This document shows, one piece after another, positions 15,042 to 25,155 of a stretch of DNA of 64,000 nt. The stretch covers positions 6,880,001 through 6,944,000 of the forward strand of contig CAWAIF010000003.1 in assembly GCA_963782055.1 (NCBI GenBank). Direction: 5' to 3'. The stretch's first letter is position 1. Each line of letters begins with the position of its first letter. Origin of the DNA: an uncultured delta proteobacterium. Its GTDB lineage: Bacteria; Myxococcota_A; Polyangia; Polyangiales; Polyangiaceae. The notes below the pieces were generated by a model. The model was not told the origin of the DNA. It ran no database searches and saw nothing but the letters and a program-made list of their open reading frames with translations. Position numbers and translations under genes: made by a program.

Positions 15042-15713
15042 ATGAACGCTTCGAGGCTCGGATGGGTGGCGGCGCTGCTGGCGGTCGCGGCGTGCGGTGG
15101 CAAGACGGACGACGCGGCGGGCGACGCCGGCAATGCGGGCGACGCCGCCGCCGATCACGCCACCCCGGCCGACGCCGCACCCCTGCCCGATCACGGCTGC
15201 CCCGGCGCCCAGCCGCAGGAGGGCACAGCCTGCGCGACGGAGACCCTGCAGTGCGAGTACGGCAACGATCCGCGCTGGACCTGCAACTGGGTCGCGACCT
15301 GCGCCAAGGGCCGCTGGTCGGTCGCGACGACGAACGACGCGTGGTGCCCGACGCCCGCCACCAACCCCGCAGCCTGCCCCGCCACCTTCACGGCGGCGTC
15401 GCAGGGCGGCGTGTGCCCGTCGGCGGGCGTACCGTGCGACTACGCGGAGGGCTTCTGCACGTGCCTGCACTACGGGGGACCGCCGTTCCCCGACGCGGGA
15501 CAGCCCGCCGATACGTGGGCCTGCAACTACATTCCGGGCACCGACTGCCCCGCGGCGCGCCCGCGCCTCGGCGAGCCCTGCGCGCCCGCTGGCACCGAGT
15601 GCGACTACGGCGTCTGTGATCTGCCGTCCGGCCTCTCGGTGCAGTGCGACCTGACCACGCACACCTGGCGCACGGGCTCCGGCTCCCCCTGCGCCCTCGG
15701 CGCGTCGAAGTGA
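15042..15713 (+). CDS. Cys-rich lipoprotein
   Basis: MNASRLGWVAALLAVAACGG signal; repeated CP..P..G..C..C.YG units. Confidence 0.85.
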   Translation: MNASRLGWVAALLAVAACGGKTDDAAGDAGNAGDAAADHATPADAAPLPDHGCPGAQPQEGTACATETLQCEYGNDPRWTCNWVATCAKGRWSVATTNDAWCPTPATNPAACPATFTAASQGGVCPSAGVPCDYAEGFCTCLHYGGPPFPDAGQPADTWACNYIPGTDCPAARPRLGEPCAPAGTECDYGVCDLPSGLSVQCDLTTHTWRTGSGSPCALGASK

Positions 15714-15724
15714 GGGAGGGTGAT

Positions 15725-15813
15725 GGCTTGGTCACCGCGCTCATGGTAACGCCTCACCGCCCGATGCGCCGCGCCGGGTTTGCATGGCGGGAAGGAGTGC
15801 AGCGCGTGTGCCC
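15725..15813 (-). repeat. Remnant of the Uma2 module (sigma54 box, leader, first ~7 codons)
   Basis: Near-identical to 17474..17562; the coding part stops after MSAVTKP. Confidence 0.9.
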
Positions 15814-15862
15814 GAAGCAGGACATGCTTGCGCCGCTCCCGACTCCGCAGTGTGATCAGGGG

Positions 15863-16680
15863 GTGAGCCACGATCTGATGCTCTGGCGGCCGCGTGCGGG
15901 AGCGCGGAGTGACCGGGCCATGGTCTACCTCGTGCTCGCGGGAGGCGCGCCGTGCGATGCCATCGAGCCGCTCGACTGCGCGGTCGTCGAGGAGGATCTC
16001 GACCGGCACTGTCCCGGGTGGCGCAGTGGCGAACGCGGAATGACCGTCGATCTCTGCGCGACGCACCTCGACGTCAGCCTCGCTGCCGGCGAGCGCGGCG
16101 GCGCGGCCCTCACCGCGATCCAGGCGCTGGCCGCCCGGCTTGGGCTCGAGCTCTTCGATCCCGGCGCGGCTCCGATCTCCCCGGCGGAGGACCGTGAGGC
16201 GGCGAGGACTCTCCGCGCGCACGATGCCGAGGCGACTCAGGAGCGCGTGCGCGTGTGGCAGCGCGAGGCCGAGAGCGGCGACGCCGCCGCGATGAACGAG
16301 CTCGGAAACGCCTACTCGATGGGCGAGGGCGTGCCGGAGGACGCCGCGCTCGCGGCGCAATGGTACGCGCGCGCTCGCCGCGCGCTGGCTCGAGCAGGCG
16401 GGCGCGCACGCAGGGCTACACCGAAGGGCTCGTGCGCCTCGCCGAGCTGTATCGGTCCGGCGACCGGATGCCGCGCGATCCCGCCCGCGCCCGGGCCATG
16501 CTGGAGCGTGCTCTCCCGCGAGACGGGCTGGTCGCCGCGTTCATGCTCGCGGAGATGATGGAAGCGGGTGAAGGCGGCGCCGCCGACGTCGAGCGGGCCA
16601 GGCAGCTCTATCGGGGCGCCCTCGAGCACCGCCACCCGGAGGCACGCCTCCGGCTCCGGCGGCTCGGGGAGGATGTGTGA
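15863..16680 (+). pseudogene. Sel1-like repeat protein, frameshifted near 16400
   Basis: AESGDAAAMNELGNAYSMGEGVPED.. in one frame; further SLR repeats in ORF 16255..16680. Confidence 0.75.
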
Positions 16681-16788
16681 GACCGGTAGCTCCCTGGGTG
16701 CGATGGACCAATCCCTGAACTCGGCGGGCAGGGCGAGGAGCATCAAGACCCGAGCCTCGGCATACGCATCACCGACGGGCCCGCCGCG

Positions 16789-17493
16789 TCACCTGCCGCC
16801 GCCGCGCTCCGCGAGCAGGGCGCGCAGCCGCGCAACCTCCTCCAGCGCTGCCTCCTTCGCGGCGCGCTCCGCTTCCTTCGCCGCGCGCTCCGCCTCCTCC
16901 GGCGTGGGGGCGAGCACGCCGTCGCGCGCGAGGCGCAGCGCAGCCGGCTCGCCTCTACCCGGTGCGATCACCCACGCGGCGCCCAGCGCGAGGCACGGCG
17001 TCGTGCCGCCGGAAACCGCGCGCTCGACCAGGTCGCCCTCGATGCGGTCCCACGCGCGGATGCGGAGCTCGTCCGCGTCGAAGCACACCACCTCCTGCGT
17101 GCCCAGCGCGCGGTAGCGCTCCAGCTTCTGCTCGAGGGGGATGGCCTCCCGCGTGTCGCTCGGGCTGAGGATCTCCACGCACAGCTCCGGCGTGCCGCGT
17201 TCCCACGTCTTCCACGATGGGAAGCTGTCTTGCGGCGTGCCCAGCTTGACGAAGCCGTCCGGCGCGAGGCACCGGCGAGGATCGCTCGCGTCGAAGTAGA
17301 CGAACTGATCGGCCCCCACCGTGTCCGCCTGCGTGACGGCCGCGAGCAGGATGGCGTGGAGGAGCTCGCACAGATAGAGGTGCCGCAGCGACTGACCCAA
17401 GGCCCACTCCTCCCTCGTGGACGGGAAGTCCACCGGCTGCACCGGACGGAGGTGGCGGAGGGAGGAGGCCTGCGGCTTGGTCACCGCGCTCAT
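16789..17493 (-). CDS. Uma2/DUF820 family PD-(D/E)XK endonuclease, copy 1
   Basis: APDGFV..PELCVEILSPSD..KLERY; coiled-coil tail. Confidence 0.9.
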   Translation of the reverse strand: MSAVTKPQASSLRHLRPVQPVDFPSTREEWALGQSLRHLYLCELLHAILLAAVTQADTVGADQFVYFDASDPRRCLAPDGFVKLGTPQDSFPSWKTWERGTPELCVEILSPSDTREAIPLEQKLERYRALGTQEVVCFDADELRIRAWDRIEGDLVERAVSGGTTPCLALGAAWVIAPGRGEPAALRLARDGVLAPTPEEAERAAKEAERAAKEAALEEVARLRALLAERGGGR

Positions 17494-17640
17494 GGTAACG
17501 CCTCGCCGCCCGATGCGCCGCGCCGGGTTTGCATGGCGGGAAGGAGTGCAGCGCGTGTGCCAGCGAGGGAGCGCAGGAATTCGCGGGGTTCGTGGCGGCG
17601 CGCGGGTGTCCGGGGACACCCGCGGGGGACAGGGCGGACA
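17490..17640 (-). promoter_or_regulatory. Uma2 leader: uORF 17490..17534, sigma54 box 17547..17562, palindrome 17601..17624, GGACA repeats
   Basis: TGGCACACGCGCTGCA (GG-N10-GC); CGCGGGTGTCC-GG-GGACACCCGCG. Confidence 0.75.
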
Positions 17641-17708
17641 GACGAGGACGCGCAGCCCGGCGACCAGACCGCGCGGTGCCGAAGCTCGAGTGCGGTCGCC
17701 GCCAGCGC

Positions 17709-18179
17709 TCACGGCACGGGCACGATGACGTCGAGCCCGTCGCCGCTCGGGTCCACCTCGCAAATGCCGCTGTGGTGATTGTCCATGCAGTCGCACGACA
17801 GGTCCTGAAGGCACTCGGGCGGCAGGTCGTAGCAGGAGGTCACCCCTGCGTCGGGCGACGGGCAGAGGGCCACTCCCCCGTCGGCGTCGAGGGGCATGGG
17901 CGGCGGCGCGCCCCCCGCGTGCTGGTAGACCACGCAGTAGTGATCCGCGCCTTCGCAGAGACAGTCACCGCAGAGGAAGGGGGCCCCCGCGTCGATGCGG
18001 CGCGGCGCCGGGGGCGAGGCGGCGTCGACCCTGGGCACGAAGTCGGGTCCGCCGTCCACGTCGGTGGGGGCGTCCGCCGTCGCGTCGCGCGTGACGTCGT
18101 CGTGCGCCGGCGCCGTGCCGCAGCCCGCCGCTACCATGCTGATCGCCGGGATGATCCAGGTGCGGAGCGCGCGGGTCAT
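17709..18179 (-). CDS. Cys-rich lipoprotein (cargo)
   Basis: MTRALRTWIIPAISMVAAGCG signal. Confidence 0.75.
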   Translation of the reverse strand: MTRALRTWIIPAISMVAAGCGTAPAHDDVTRDATADAPTDVDGGPDFVPRVDAASPPAPRRIDAGAPFLCGDCLCEGADHYCVVYQHAGGAPPPMPLDADGGVALCPSPDAGVTSCYDLPPECLQDLSCDCMDNHHSGICEVDPSGDGLDVIVPVP

Positions 18180-18199
18180 GGGCTCGAGGATAGCGCACT

Positions 18200-18378
18200 C
18201 GGGGGGGGCGCGGGGGGGCGCGGTGATGGCGACCGCGACGGTGCCGGACGTCAACAGCCCGATGCCCGTCCCGAGCATCGCCGGGCTGCGCACACCGTGA
18301 TCCTCCGCGCTCCGCGGAGGCCGCACCCGGGAGAAGGAGTCCGCCGGCGATGAGGCAGGCAACAAGCAGTCCGCGCAT
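18200..18378 (-). pseudogene. Fragment of a secreted/membrane protein gene
   Basis: Signal MRGLLVACLIAGGLLLPGAASAE, then a TM-like RSPAMLGTGIGLLTSG in another frame, then truncated. Confidence 0.35.
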
Positions 18379-18575
18379 TCGTCAACACTAGCAAGTACGG
18401 CGGCTGCTCGCCGGCCTCGCCCCGGTGCCGTGCGCGCGGCGCCGCGGATGGCTGCGAGGCCTCACGGGGCCGTCGGCGCGTGCGGTACCATCGATGCCGG
18501 GGGATCAGACCGACCCGAGGACGGCGCGGTGTGGAGCCGAGCCTCGGCATACGCATCACCGACGGGCCCGTCGCG

Positions 18576-19280
18576 TCACCTGCCGCCGCCGCGCTCCGTG
18601 AGCAGGGCGCGCAGCCGCGCAACCTCCTCCAGCGCTGCCTCCTTCGCCGCGCGCTCCGCTTCCTTCGCGGCGCGCTCCGCCTCTTCCGGCGTGGGGACGA
18701 GCACGCCGTCGCGCGCGAGGCGCAAGGCAGCCGGCTCGCCTCTACCCGGTGCGATCACCCACGCGGCGCCCAGCGCGAGGCACGGCGTCGTGCCGCCCGT
18801 GACCTCGCGCTCGACCAGATCGCCCTCGATGCGATCCCACGCGCGGATGAGGAGCTCGTCCGCGTCGAAGCACACCACCTCCTGCGCGCCGAGGGCGCGG
18901 TAGCGCTCCAGCTTCTGCTCGAGGGGGATCGCCTCCCGCGTGTCGCTCGGGCTGAGGATCTCCACGCACAGCTCCGGCGTGCCGCGCTCCCACGTCTTCC
19001 ACGAGCCGAAGCGATCCCGCGGATGGCCGAGCTTCACGAATCCGTCCGGCGCGAGGCAGCGCCGGGGATCGCTCGCGTCGAAGTAGATGAATGCGTCGGA
19101 CCCCACCGTGTCATCCGGCGTGACGGCAGCCGCGAGGATGGCGTAGAGCAGGACGCAGAGGTCCAGGTGGCGTGACGATTGACCCAAAGCCCACTCCTCC
19201 CTCGTGGACGGGAAGTCCACCGGCTGCACCGGGCGGAGGTGGCGGATGGAGGAGGCCTGCGGCTTGGTCACCGCGCTCAT
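18576..19280 (-). CDS. Uma2 family endonuclease, copy 2
   Basis: Paralogue of copy 1; most divergent N-terminal half. Confidence 0.9.
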   Translation of the reverse strand: MSAVTKPQASSIRHLRPVQPVDFPSTREEWALGQSSRHLDLCVLLYAILAAAVTPDDTVGSDAFIYFDASDPRRCLAPDGFVKLGHPRDRFGSWKTWERGTPELCVEILSPSDTREAIPLEQKLERYRALGAQEVVCFDADELLIRAWDRIEGDLVEREVTGGTTPCLALGAAWVIAPGRGEPAALRLARDGVLVPTPEEAERAAKEAERAAKEAALEEVARLRALLTERGGGR

Positions 19281-19430
19281 GGTAACGCCTCGCCGCCCGA
19301 TGCGCCGCGCCGGGTTTGCATGGCGGGGAGGAGTGCAGCGCGCGTGCCGGCGCGAGCGTGCGGGGTTTCTCGGGCTGCGAGGAGGTGGCGGGGTGTCCGG
19401 GGACACCCGAGATGGACAGGGGGGACACCC
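19277..19430 (-). promoter_or_regulatory. Uma2 leader with sigma54 box 19334..19349 and palindrome 19391..19408
   Basis: CGGCACGCGCGCTGCA; GGGTGTCC-GG-GGACACCC. Confidence 0.75.
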
Positions 19431-19444
19431 GGTCTGCGCCGCGA

Positions 19445-20497
19445 CTACCGATTGTAGGCCGGCTTCTCCAGCGGCAGCGGCTGCGGGTTGCGCAGCACCC
19501 AGGCGACCGCGAGCGCAGCCAGGCGATCGTTCCCGGCGCCCCCCCGCGCGTGCAGTGAACGCACGATCGACGCGATCTCGGCGATCTCCGACGGCCCGAG
19601 GGGCGTCCCGCGTTGCACGTAGCTCGCCAGGGCGGCCGCCATCTCGGTGTACGGGTCATCCCAGTTCGCCCCGCCGTTGCGCTCCCACTCGTCGGAGATG
19701 CGGCCCGTGATGCGGATGACCTCGCCCTGGACGGTGGCGGCAGGGCCGCGCGACGGCACCAGCAGATCCCACAGCTCCGCGTGCTGCTCCTGCCAGGTCG
19801 TCGTCTTCACGACGATGGGCGCGGCGCCCTCGTGCACGTGCCGGCGAGCCACCGGCGTGACCTCGAAGGTCGTGTAGAGGAAGTCGAGCGCGTCGCTGGC
19901 CGCCGCCACGCCCTCGCGGTTGAACCCCTCGCGATGAAACTCGAACGACTTGCCCGCCTGCGCGACGAAGCCCTTCATCGCCGGGGTGCGCTCGGCGCCG
20001 GCGTCCAGCATGACCTTCACGAAGGCCGGCATGCGATCGAGCTCGGCGTTGGTGCAGCCGCGCAGCGCGAGCTCGAGCGGGGTGAGCCCTTGCTTGTTGC
20101 GCGCATCGACCCGCGCGCCGTGCGCGAGCAAGAGCGCGGCGTTCTCGGTGTGCTTGCGGTCCGCCGCGGCGTGGAGCGGCGTGCCGATGGAGGCGGTGGC
20201 GGCGTTCACGTCGGCGCCGAGCTCCAGGAGCACCGGGATGTTGCCCCGCCAGCTCCGCGCCCGGGTGTGCAGCGGGGTGTTGCCCCAGGTGTCGACGGCG
20301 CCGAGGTCGGCTCCCCGCGCCACCAGCCATCGCGCGAGGGCGTCGGGACACCCGTCGAAGGCGAGGGCGGTCTGCTTCGCGTAGTCTCCGCGGGCATCGA
20401 CCTCGCAGGTCTCGAAGACCGCCTGGAGCGCGGCGAGATCCCCCGCCTCCAGCAGCTCGGCGAAGTTCTTCGGCAGGGTCTTGCGCTTGCTCGGCAC
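19445..20497 (-). CDS. Ankyrin repeat protein (cargo)
   Basis: GNTPLH, GTPLHAA, GLTPLELA repeats; TVQGEVIRI C-terminal domain. Confidence 0.9.
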   Translation of the reverse strand: MPSKRKTLPKNFAELLEAGDLAALQAVFETCEVDARGDYAKQTALAFDGCPDALARWLVARGADLGAVDTWGNTPLHTRARSWRGNIPVLLELGADVNAATASIGTPLHAAADRKHTENAALLLAHGARVDARNKQGLTPLELALRGCTNAELDRMPAFVKVMLDAGAERTPAMKGFVAQAGKSFEFHREGFNREGVAAASDALDFLYTTFEVTPVARRHVHEGAAPIVVKTTTWQEQHAELWDLLVPSRGPAATVQGEVIRITGRISDEWERNGGANWDDPYTEMAAALASYVQRGTPLGPSEIAEIASIVRSLHARGGAGNDRLAALAVAWVLRNPQPLPLEKPAYNR

Positions 20498-20640
20498 GCC
20501 GGCAGGCTACCACGCTCCGTGCGGGTCCCGCCGCCAGGGGCGGCGCTCCGGAACCACCCGTGCGGTCATGACGCGGTCGCGCTCGGAGGAACGGGAGCGT
20601 CACGGGACGCGCTCCGTCAGCGTGGGCCCCCTCGCCTTCA

Positions 20641-21345
20641 TCACGTGCCCCCGCCGCGCTCCGCGAGCAGGGCGCGCAGCCGCGCGAGCTCCTCGAGGGC
20701 CTTCGCCTCCCGCGCGAGCGCTGCTTCCTTCTCCGCGCGCTCTGCCTCCTCCGGCGTGGGGACGAGCACGCCGTCGCGCGCGAGGCGCAGCGCAGCCGGC
20801 TCGCCTCTACCCGGTGCGATCACCCACGCGGCGCCCAGCGCGAGGCACGGCGTGGTGCCGCCCGTGATCTCGCGCTCGACCAGATCGCCCTCGATGCGGT
20901 CCCACGCGCGGATGCGGAGCTCGTCCGCGTCGAAGCACACCACCTCCTGCACGCCGAGGGCGCGGTAGCGCTCCAGCTTCTGCTCGAGGGGGATCGCCTC
21001 CCGCGTGTCGCTCGGACTGAGGATCTCCACGCACAGCTCCGGCGTGCCGCGCTCCCACGTCTTCCACGATGGGAAGCTGTCTTGCGGCGTGCCCAGCTTG
21101 ACGAAGCCGTCCGGCGCGAGGCACCGGCGAGGATCGCTCGCGTCGAAGTAGACGAACTGATCGGCCCCGACCGTGTCCGCCGGCGTGACGGCGGCGCGAA
21201 GGATGGCGTGCAGGAGCTCGCAGAGATCCAGATGGCGCAGCGACTGACCCAAGGCCCACTCCTCCCTCGTGGACGGGAAGTCCACCGGCTGCACCGGACG
21301 GAGGTGGCGGAGGGAGGAGGCCTGCGGCTTGGTCACCGCGCTCAT
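20641..21345 (-). CDS. Uma2 family endonuclease, copy 3
   Basis: Paralogue of copy 1. Confidence 0.9.
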   Translation of the reverse strand: MSAVTKPQASSLRHLRPVQPVDFPSTREEWALGQSLRHLDLCELLHAILRAAVTPADTVGADQFVYFDASDPRRCLAPDGFVKLGTPQDSFPSWKTWERGTPELCVEILSPSDTREAIPLEQKLERYRALGVQEVVCFDADELRIRAWDRIEGDLVEREITGGTTPCLALGAAWVIAPGRGEPAALRLARDGVLVPTPEEAERAEKEAALAREAKALEELARLRALLAERGGGT

Positions 21346-21515
21346 GGTAACGCCTCGCCGCCCGATGCGCCGCGCCGGGTTTGCATGACGAGGAGGAGTG
21401 CAGCGCGTGTGCCAGCGAGCCGGTGCGGGATTTCGCGGCTGCGCGCGCGCGCGGGGTGTCCGGGGACACCCGCGGGGGACAGGGGGGACAGCCCGCGAGG
21501 AGCGGGGCTGTCCGC
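21342..21515 (-). promoter_or_regulatory. Uma2 leader with sigma54 box 21399..21414 and palindrome 21454..21471
   Basis: TGGCACACGCGCTGCA; GGGTGTCC-GG-GGACACCC; extra GGACAGCCC..GGGCTGTCC. Confidence 0.75.
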
Positions 21516-21580
21516 GTCGAGGTAGGCGGCGCGCTCCGCGGGCGCTGTCCGCTGCTCCCCACGCAGACTAGGATGCAGCC

Positions 21581-22510
21581 GTGGGACAGCGCAGCAACAC
21601 CGAGACCATCGTCGCGCTCCTCAAGGCGTTCCTGGATCAGCGCACATGGAAGCAGGCGGACCTGGCGCGCCACGTCGGCGTCCAGCCCGCCACCGTCCAC
21701 AAGCGCCTGGAGGAGCTGCGCGCCTGCGGCGTCCCCCTCGAGAGCGAGCGGGAGCACCCCCACGTCTTCTGGAGCGTGCCGCGGAGCTGGTACCCCGGCG
21801 GCGTGCTCTTCACCGGCGAGCAGGTGACGCAGATGTTCCGGCAGCTCTCCCGCCTGCCGAAGAGCAAGGCGCGCAACGCGCTCATCGAGACGGTGCTCCG
21901 GTACCTGCCCACGCGCCAGCCGGCGATCGCCATCGTCCCCGCGGAGACCACCGCGCGCGAGGAGCAGCACCTGCCCGTCATCGAGGACGCGGCGAACCAG
22001 AAGGTCGCCCTCCAGTTCCGCTACTTCACCGCCAACCGCGGCAGCGAGGGCAGGCGCCACGCGTCGGTGCACCGGGTGGTGCTCGGACCGCCCGCGCGCT
22101 TCGTCGCCACCTGCCACCGCACCGGCGGCCTCAAGTGGTTTCGCGTGGAGAACGTGTCCGACGCGAAGCTCGACGCCCGCGAGCCCTTCCGCGACGCCGA
22201 CGCGAAGACGGTGGACGCCCACCTGCGCGCCAGCCTGGACGGCTTCCACGAGGGCCGTCCCCCCGAGGCGCACGTCTTCTTCGTGAGCGATCCGGACGCG
22301 CGCTGGGTCGCCCGCAACCTCCTCGAGGAGATGCGCGCGGAGGAGGTCCCTGGCGGGATCCGCGTGACGCTGGAGACCTCCGCGCTCACCCGCCTCGCGC
22401 GGTTCGTGGTGGGCCTCGGCGCCGCGGCCAGACCGCTCACCCCCGCGCTGCGGGCGGAGGTGTCGGCGCTCGCGAAGGGTGCGCTGGAGTCGATCGCGCA
22501 GTCGAAGTAG
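21581..22510 (+). CDS. HTH-WYL domain transcriptional regulator
   Basis: N-terminal wHTH (QADLARHVGVQPATVHKRLEEL); WYL-like LQFRY..FVATCH..KWFRVENV. Confidence 0.85.
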   Translation: MGQRSNTETIVALLKAFLDQRTWKQADLARHVGVQPATVHKRLEELRACGVPLESEREHPHVFWSVPRSWYPGGVLFTGEQVTQMFRQLSRLPKSKARNALIETVLRYLPTRQPAIAIVPAETTAREEQHLPVIEDAANQKVALQFRYFTANRGSEGRRHASVHRVVLGPPARFVATCHRTGGLKWFRVENVSDAKLDAREPFRDADAKTVDAHLRASLDGFHEGRPPEAHVFFVSDPDARWVARNLLEEMRAEEVPGGIRVTLETSALTRLARFVVGLGAAARPLTPALRAEVSALAKGALESIAQSK

Positions 22511-22612
22511 GCCCTCCCGGCCGGGAGTGAACAAGCGGCCAGTCGTGGCTATCTGGTGCGCCCTTTCGGCGAAGGGGCAGTCGCACGGTGAGAGGTACCC
22601 GAGGAGGCCTCC

Positions 22613-22876
22613 ATGAGCGACTTCGATCCCACCGCCGCGCTGCTGCAGTTTCCGGATACGCCGCGCGTCCGGCGCGCGCGCACCCTCGACATCGCGGGCA
22701 GGGCGATCCCGCTCCTGCAGGCGGCGCTGGATGCGGGCAACGCGACGCTGCTCCGCGAGCTCTTCGCGGTGCTCGGGGACGTGGCCGCCGGCGAGGACGC
22801 GCTCGCCCGGTTCGTGGCTATCTCCGTCGCGGACGCGCAGGTCGTGGCGATCGCCGGAGAGGCGGCGGGATCATGA
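22613..22876 (+). CDS. Small hypothetical protein
   Basis: GAGGAGG RBS; stop overlaps the next ATG (ATGA). Confidence 0.65.
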   Translation: MSDFDPTAALLQFPDTPRVRRARTLDIAGRAIPLLQAALDAGNATLLRELFAVLGDVAAGEDALARFVAISVADAQVVAIAGEAAGS

Positions 22877-24267
22877 GCCGCGGCGCTCACCTGTCCAAGT
22901 CGCGGTACACCGCCGGTCTCCAGTGCCACCGCGCGCTGTGGTGGAGGGTCCACGACCCGGAGGCGCCGGAGCTCGTCAGCGGCCCGGAGCTGCAGGCGAT
23001 CTTCGACCGGGGCGCGCGCGTGGGCGAGCTCGCCCGGGAGTACCTCCCCGGCGGAGAGCTCATCCACTCTCCCTGCGAGGAGGTCGAGAGGAGCATCGAG
23101 GCGACGCGCGCAGCGATCGCCGCGGGCGCCAGGATCATCTACGAGGCCTCCTTCCGCGCCGACGACGTGTTCGTCGCGGTCGACATCCTGCACCGGCCTC
23201 CGCGCAGCCGCGGCTGGACCCTCTCGGAGGTGAAGTCGACGACGAAGGTGAAGCCGCACCACATCCCCGGCGCCGCGGTGCAGACGCACGTGCTCCGCCG
23301 CGCGGGGCTCCCCGTCACGCGGACCGAGGTGATGCACCTCGAGCGCGAGTGCCGCCACCCGGCCCTCTACAACCTCTTCACCCGCACCGACGTGAGCGAG
23401 GAGGTCGAGGAGTACCTGCCCGCCGTCCCGCGGGAGGTGAGGGCGCAGCTCCGGATGCTCGGGCGCGCGTCGCCGCCGGAGGTCCGGCCCGGCGCGCACT
23501 GCACCGCGCCGTACGTGTGTCCCTTCCTCGCGCGCTGCTGGGGGGAGGAGGAGGAGGTCGTACAAAAGGAGGCGGTCATCGTCGACGAGCGTCTGCGCGA
23601 CGTGCTCGCGGGGCTCGAGGGCCCGATCGCCCACCTCGACTTCGAGACCGTCAATCCGGCCGTGCCCGTCTGGCCAGGTTGCCGTCCGTACGATCCGGTT
23701 CCGGTGCAGTTCAGCGTCCACTTCGAGCCGGTGGGAGAGGGCGCTCCGAGGCACTTCGAGTGGCTCGCCAGCGGAGCGGGTGATCCTCGCACTGCGCTCG
23801 CGCGCGCCCTCGTCCGCGCCCTGCGGGGCGCGCGCACGGTCATCGTGTATCACCAGCCCTTCGAGCAGGGGCGGCTGCGCGATCTCCAGGAGGCGGTGCC
23901 GGACCTCGCCGGCGAGCTCGAGGACATCATCGCGCGCCTGGTGGACCTGCTGCCCATCGTGCGCAGGCACGTGGTGCACCCGGGGTTCGGGGGGCGCTAC
24001 AGCCTGAAGAAGGTGGCGCCCGCGCTGGTGCCCGGGCTGCGCTACGAGGAGATGGAGATCGGGGACGGCGCGGCGGCGAGCCGGGCGCTGGAGACTCTGC
24101 TGCTCGGGCCGGAGGTGAGCGCGGGGGAGCGGCGGAGGACGCGGGAGGCGCTGCTGGCGTACTGCGGGCAGGACACGCTGGCGACGATGGGGGTGCTCTC
24201 GTGGCTGCGAAGGGCGGTGGGATCGCGCGGGATGCGGACGGCGCGACGCGCAGGGCGCGGGGCCTGA
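22873..24267 (+). CDS. DUF2779-type nuclease (PD-(D/E)XK N-terminus + RNase H-like C-terminus)
   Basis: LSKSRY..GLQC, DIL..EVKS, HLDFET, PVQFSVH, YSLKKV, LLAYCGQDT. Confidence 0.85.
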   Translation: MSRGAHLSKSRYTAGLQCHRALWWRVHDPEAPELVSGPELQAIFDRGARVGELAREYLPGGELIHSPCEEVERSIEATRAAIAAGARIIYEASFRADDVFVAVDILHRPPRSRGWTLSEVKSTTKVKPHHIPGAAVQTHVLRRAGLPVTRTEVMHLERECRHPALYNLFTRTDVSEEVEEYLPAVPREVRAQLRMLGRASPPEVRPGAHCTAPYVCPFLARCWGEEEEVVQKEAVIVDERLRDVLAGLEGPIAHLDFETVNPAVPVWPGCRPYDPVPVQFSVHFEPVGEGAPRHFEWLASGAGDPRTALARALVRALRGARTVIVYHQPFEQGRLRDLQEAVPDLAGELEDIIARLVDLLPIVRRHVVHPGFGGRYSLKKVAPALVPGLRYEEMEIGDGAAASRALETLLLGPEVSAGERRRTREALLAYCGQDTLATMGVLSWLRRAVGSRGMRTARRAGRGA

Positions 24268-24360
24268 CGCGCGTGCCCCGCGTTGCCGCCGTCACGGGCC
24301 GAGGTACCGCGTACGTTCGCGCTTGCGGAACATCTGACCGGACGTATAGGTTCTTCCAGA

Positions 24361-25155
24361 ATGGTGCCAGGCGCCAGCGACGACGAGATCGTGTCGTTCA
24401 GCCGCCCGCCCGTGGTCGAGGTGGTGTACGGCGCGCAGTTTCACGCGCTCCCGCTGCAGACCGTCCACTACGGCAGGTTCTGGGACCGCATCCGCCAGAC
24501 GTATCAAAAGACGCTGGACGTGCCGCCGCTGCCCTCCATCCTGGAGACACCGGCCGGTCAATCCGCCGTCGGTATCTTCACCGTCTCGCCGCTACCCGAC
24601 CTCCGCCGCGTGTTCTTCGTCGACGAGGAGCACGGCCGGATGCTCCAGCTCCAGCCCAACCGTTTCCACCACAACTGGCGACGTCGAACGGACGTGGAGC
24701 CCTATCCTCGATTCCGTGAACTTCGCCCCCAGTTCGTCGACAGGTGGCGGGAGTTCCTCACGTTCCTCGAGGACGAAGGTCTACCTCCCCCTCATGTCAC
24801 TCAGGGGGAGATGACGTACATCAACCAGATGCCCTTCGGTGAGCTCTGGGACGACGCCGGGCTCGCCAGGCTATTCCCGTGGCTGACGCCCAGGAACCCT
24901 GCGCTACCGGCTGCGCCGGGCGTCGAGGTCGCGCTCCACTTCGAGGCACCGGAGCTGCACGGCAGAGTCCACATCACCATCGGTATGGCGACTCCGCCGA
25001 AGGACGGGCAGCGCGTGGTCCAGATGGAGCTCACCGCGCGCGGCGCGCCCGACAATCTGGAGCAGTGGCTCGTGGCAGCACGGAGCGCGATTGTTCGCAG
25101 CTTCGTCGAGCTCACGGGGGCGGACGCCCACGCACACTGGGGGAGGGTCACTTGA
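24361..25155 (+). CDS. TIGR04255-family protein
   Basis: FSRPPVVEVVYGAQF, LQLQPNRFHHNWRR..YPRF, YINQ, HAHWG. Confidence 0.8.
   Translation: MVPGASDDEIVSFSRPPVVEVVYGAQFHALPLQTVHYGRFWDRIRQTYQKTLDVPPLPSILETPAGQSAVGIFTVSPLPDLRRVFFVDEEHGRMLQLQPNRFHHNWRRRTDVEPYPRFRELRPQFVDRWREFLTFLEDEGLPPPHVTQGEMTYINQMPFGELWDDAGLARLFPWLTPRNPALPAAPGVEVALHFEAPELHGRVHITIGMATPPKDGQRVVQMELTARGAPDNLEQWLVAARSAIVRSFVELTGADAHAHWGRVT

Noticed and set aside
16789..17640. Uma2 module as a classical IS element
   Set aside because: No transposase motifs, terminal inverted repeats or target-site duplications recognised
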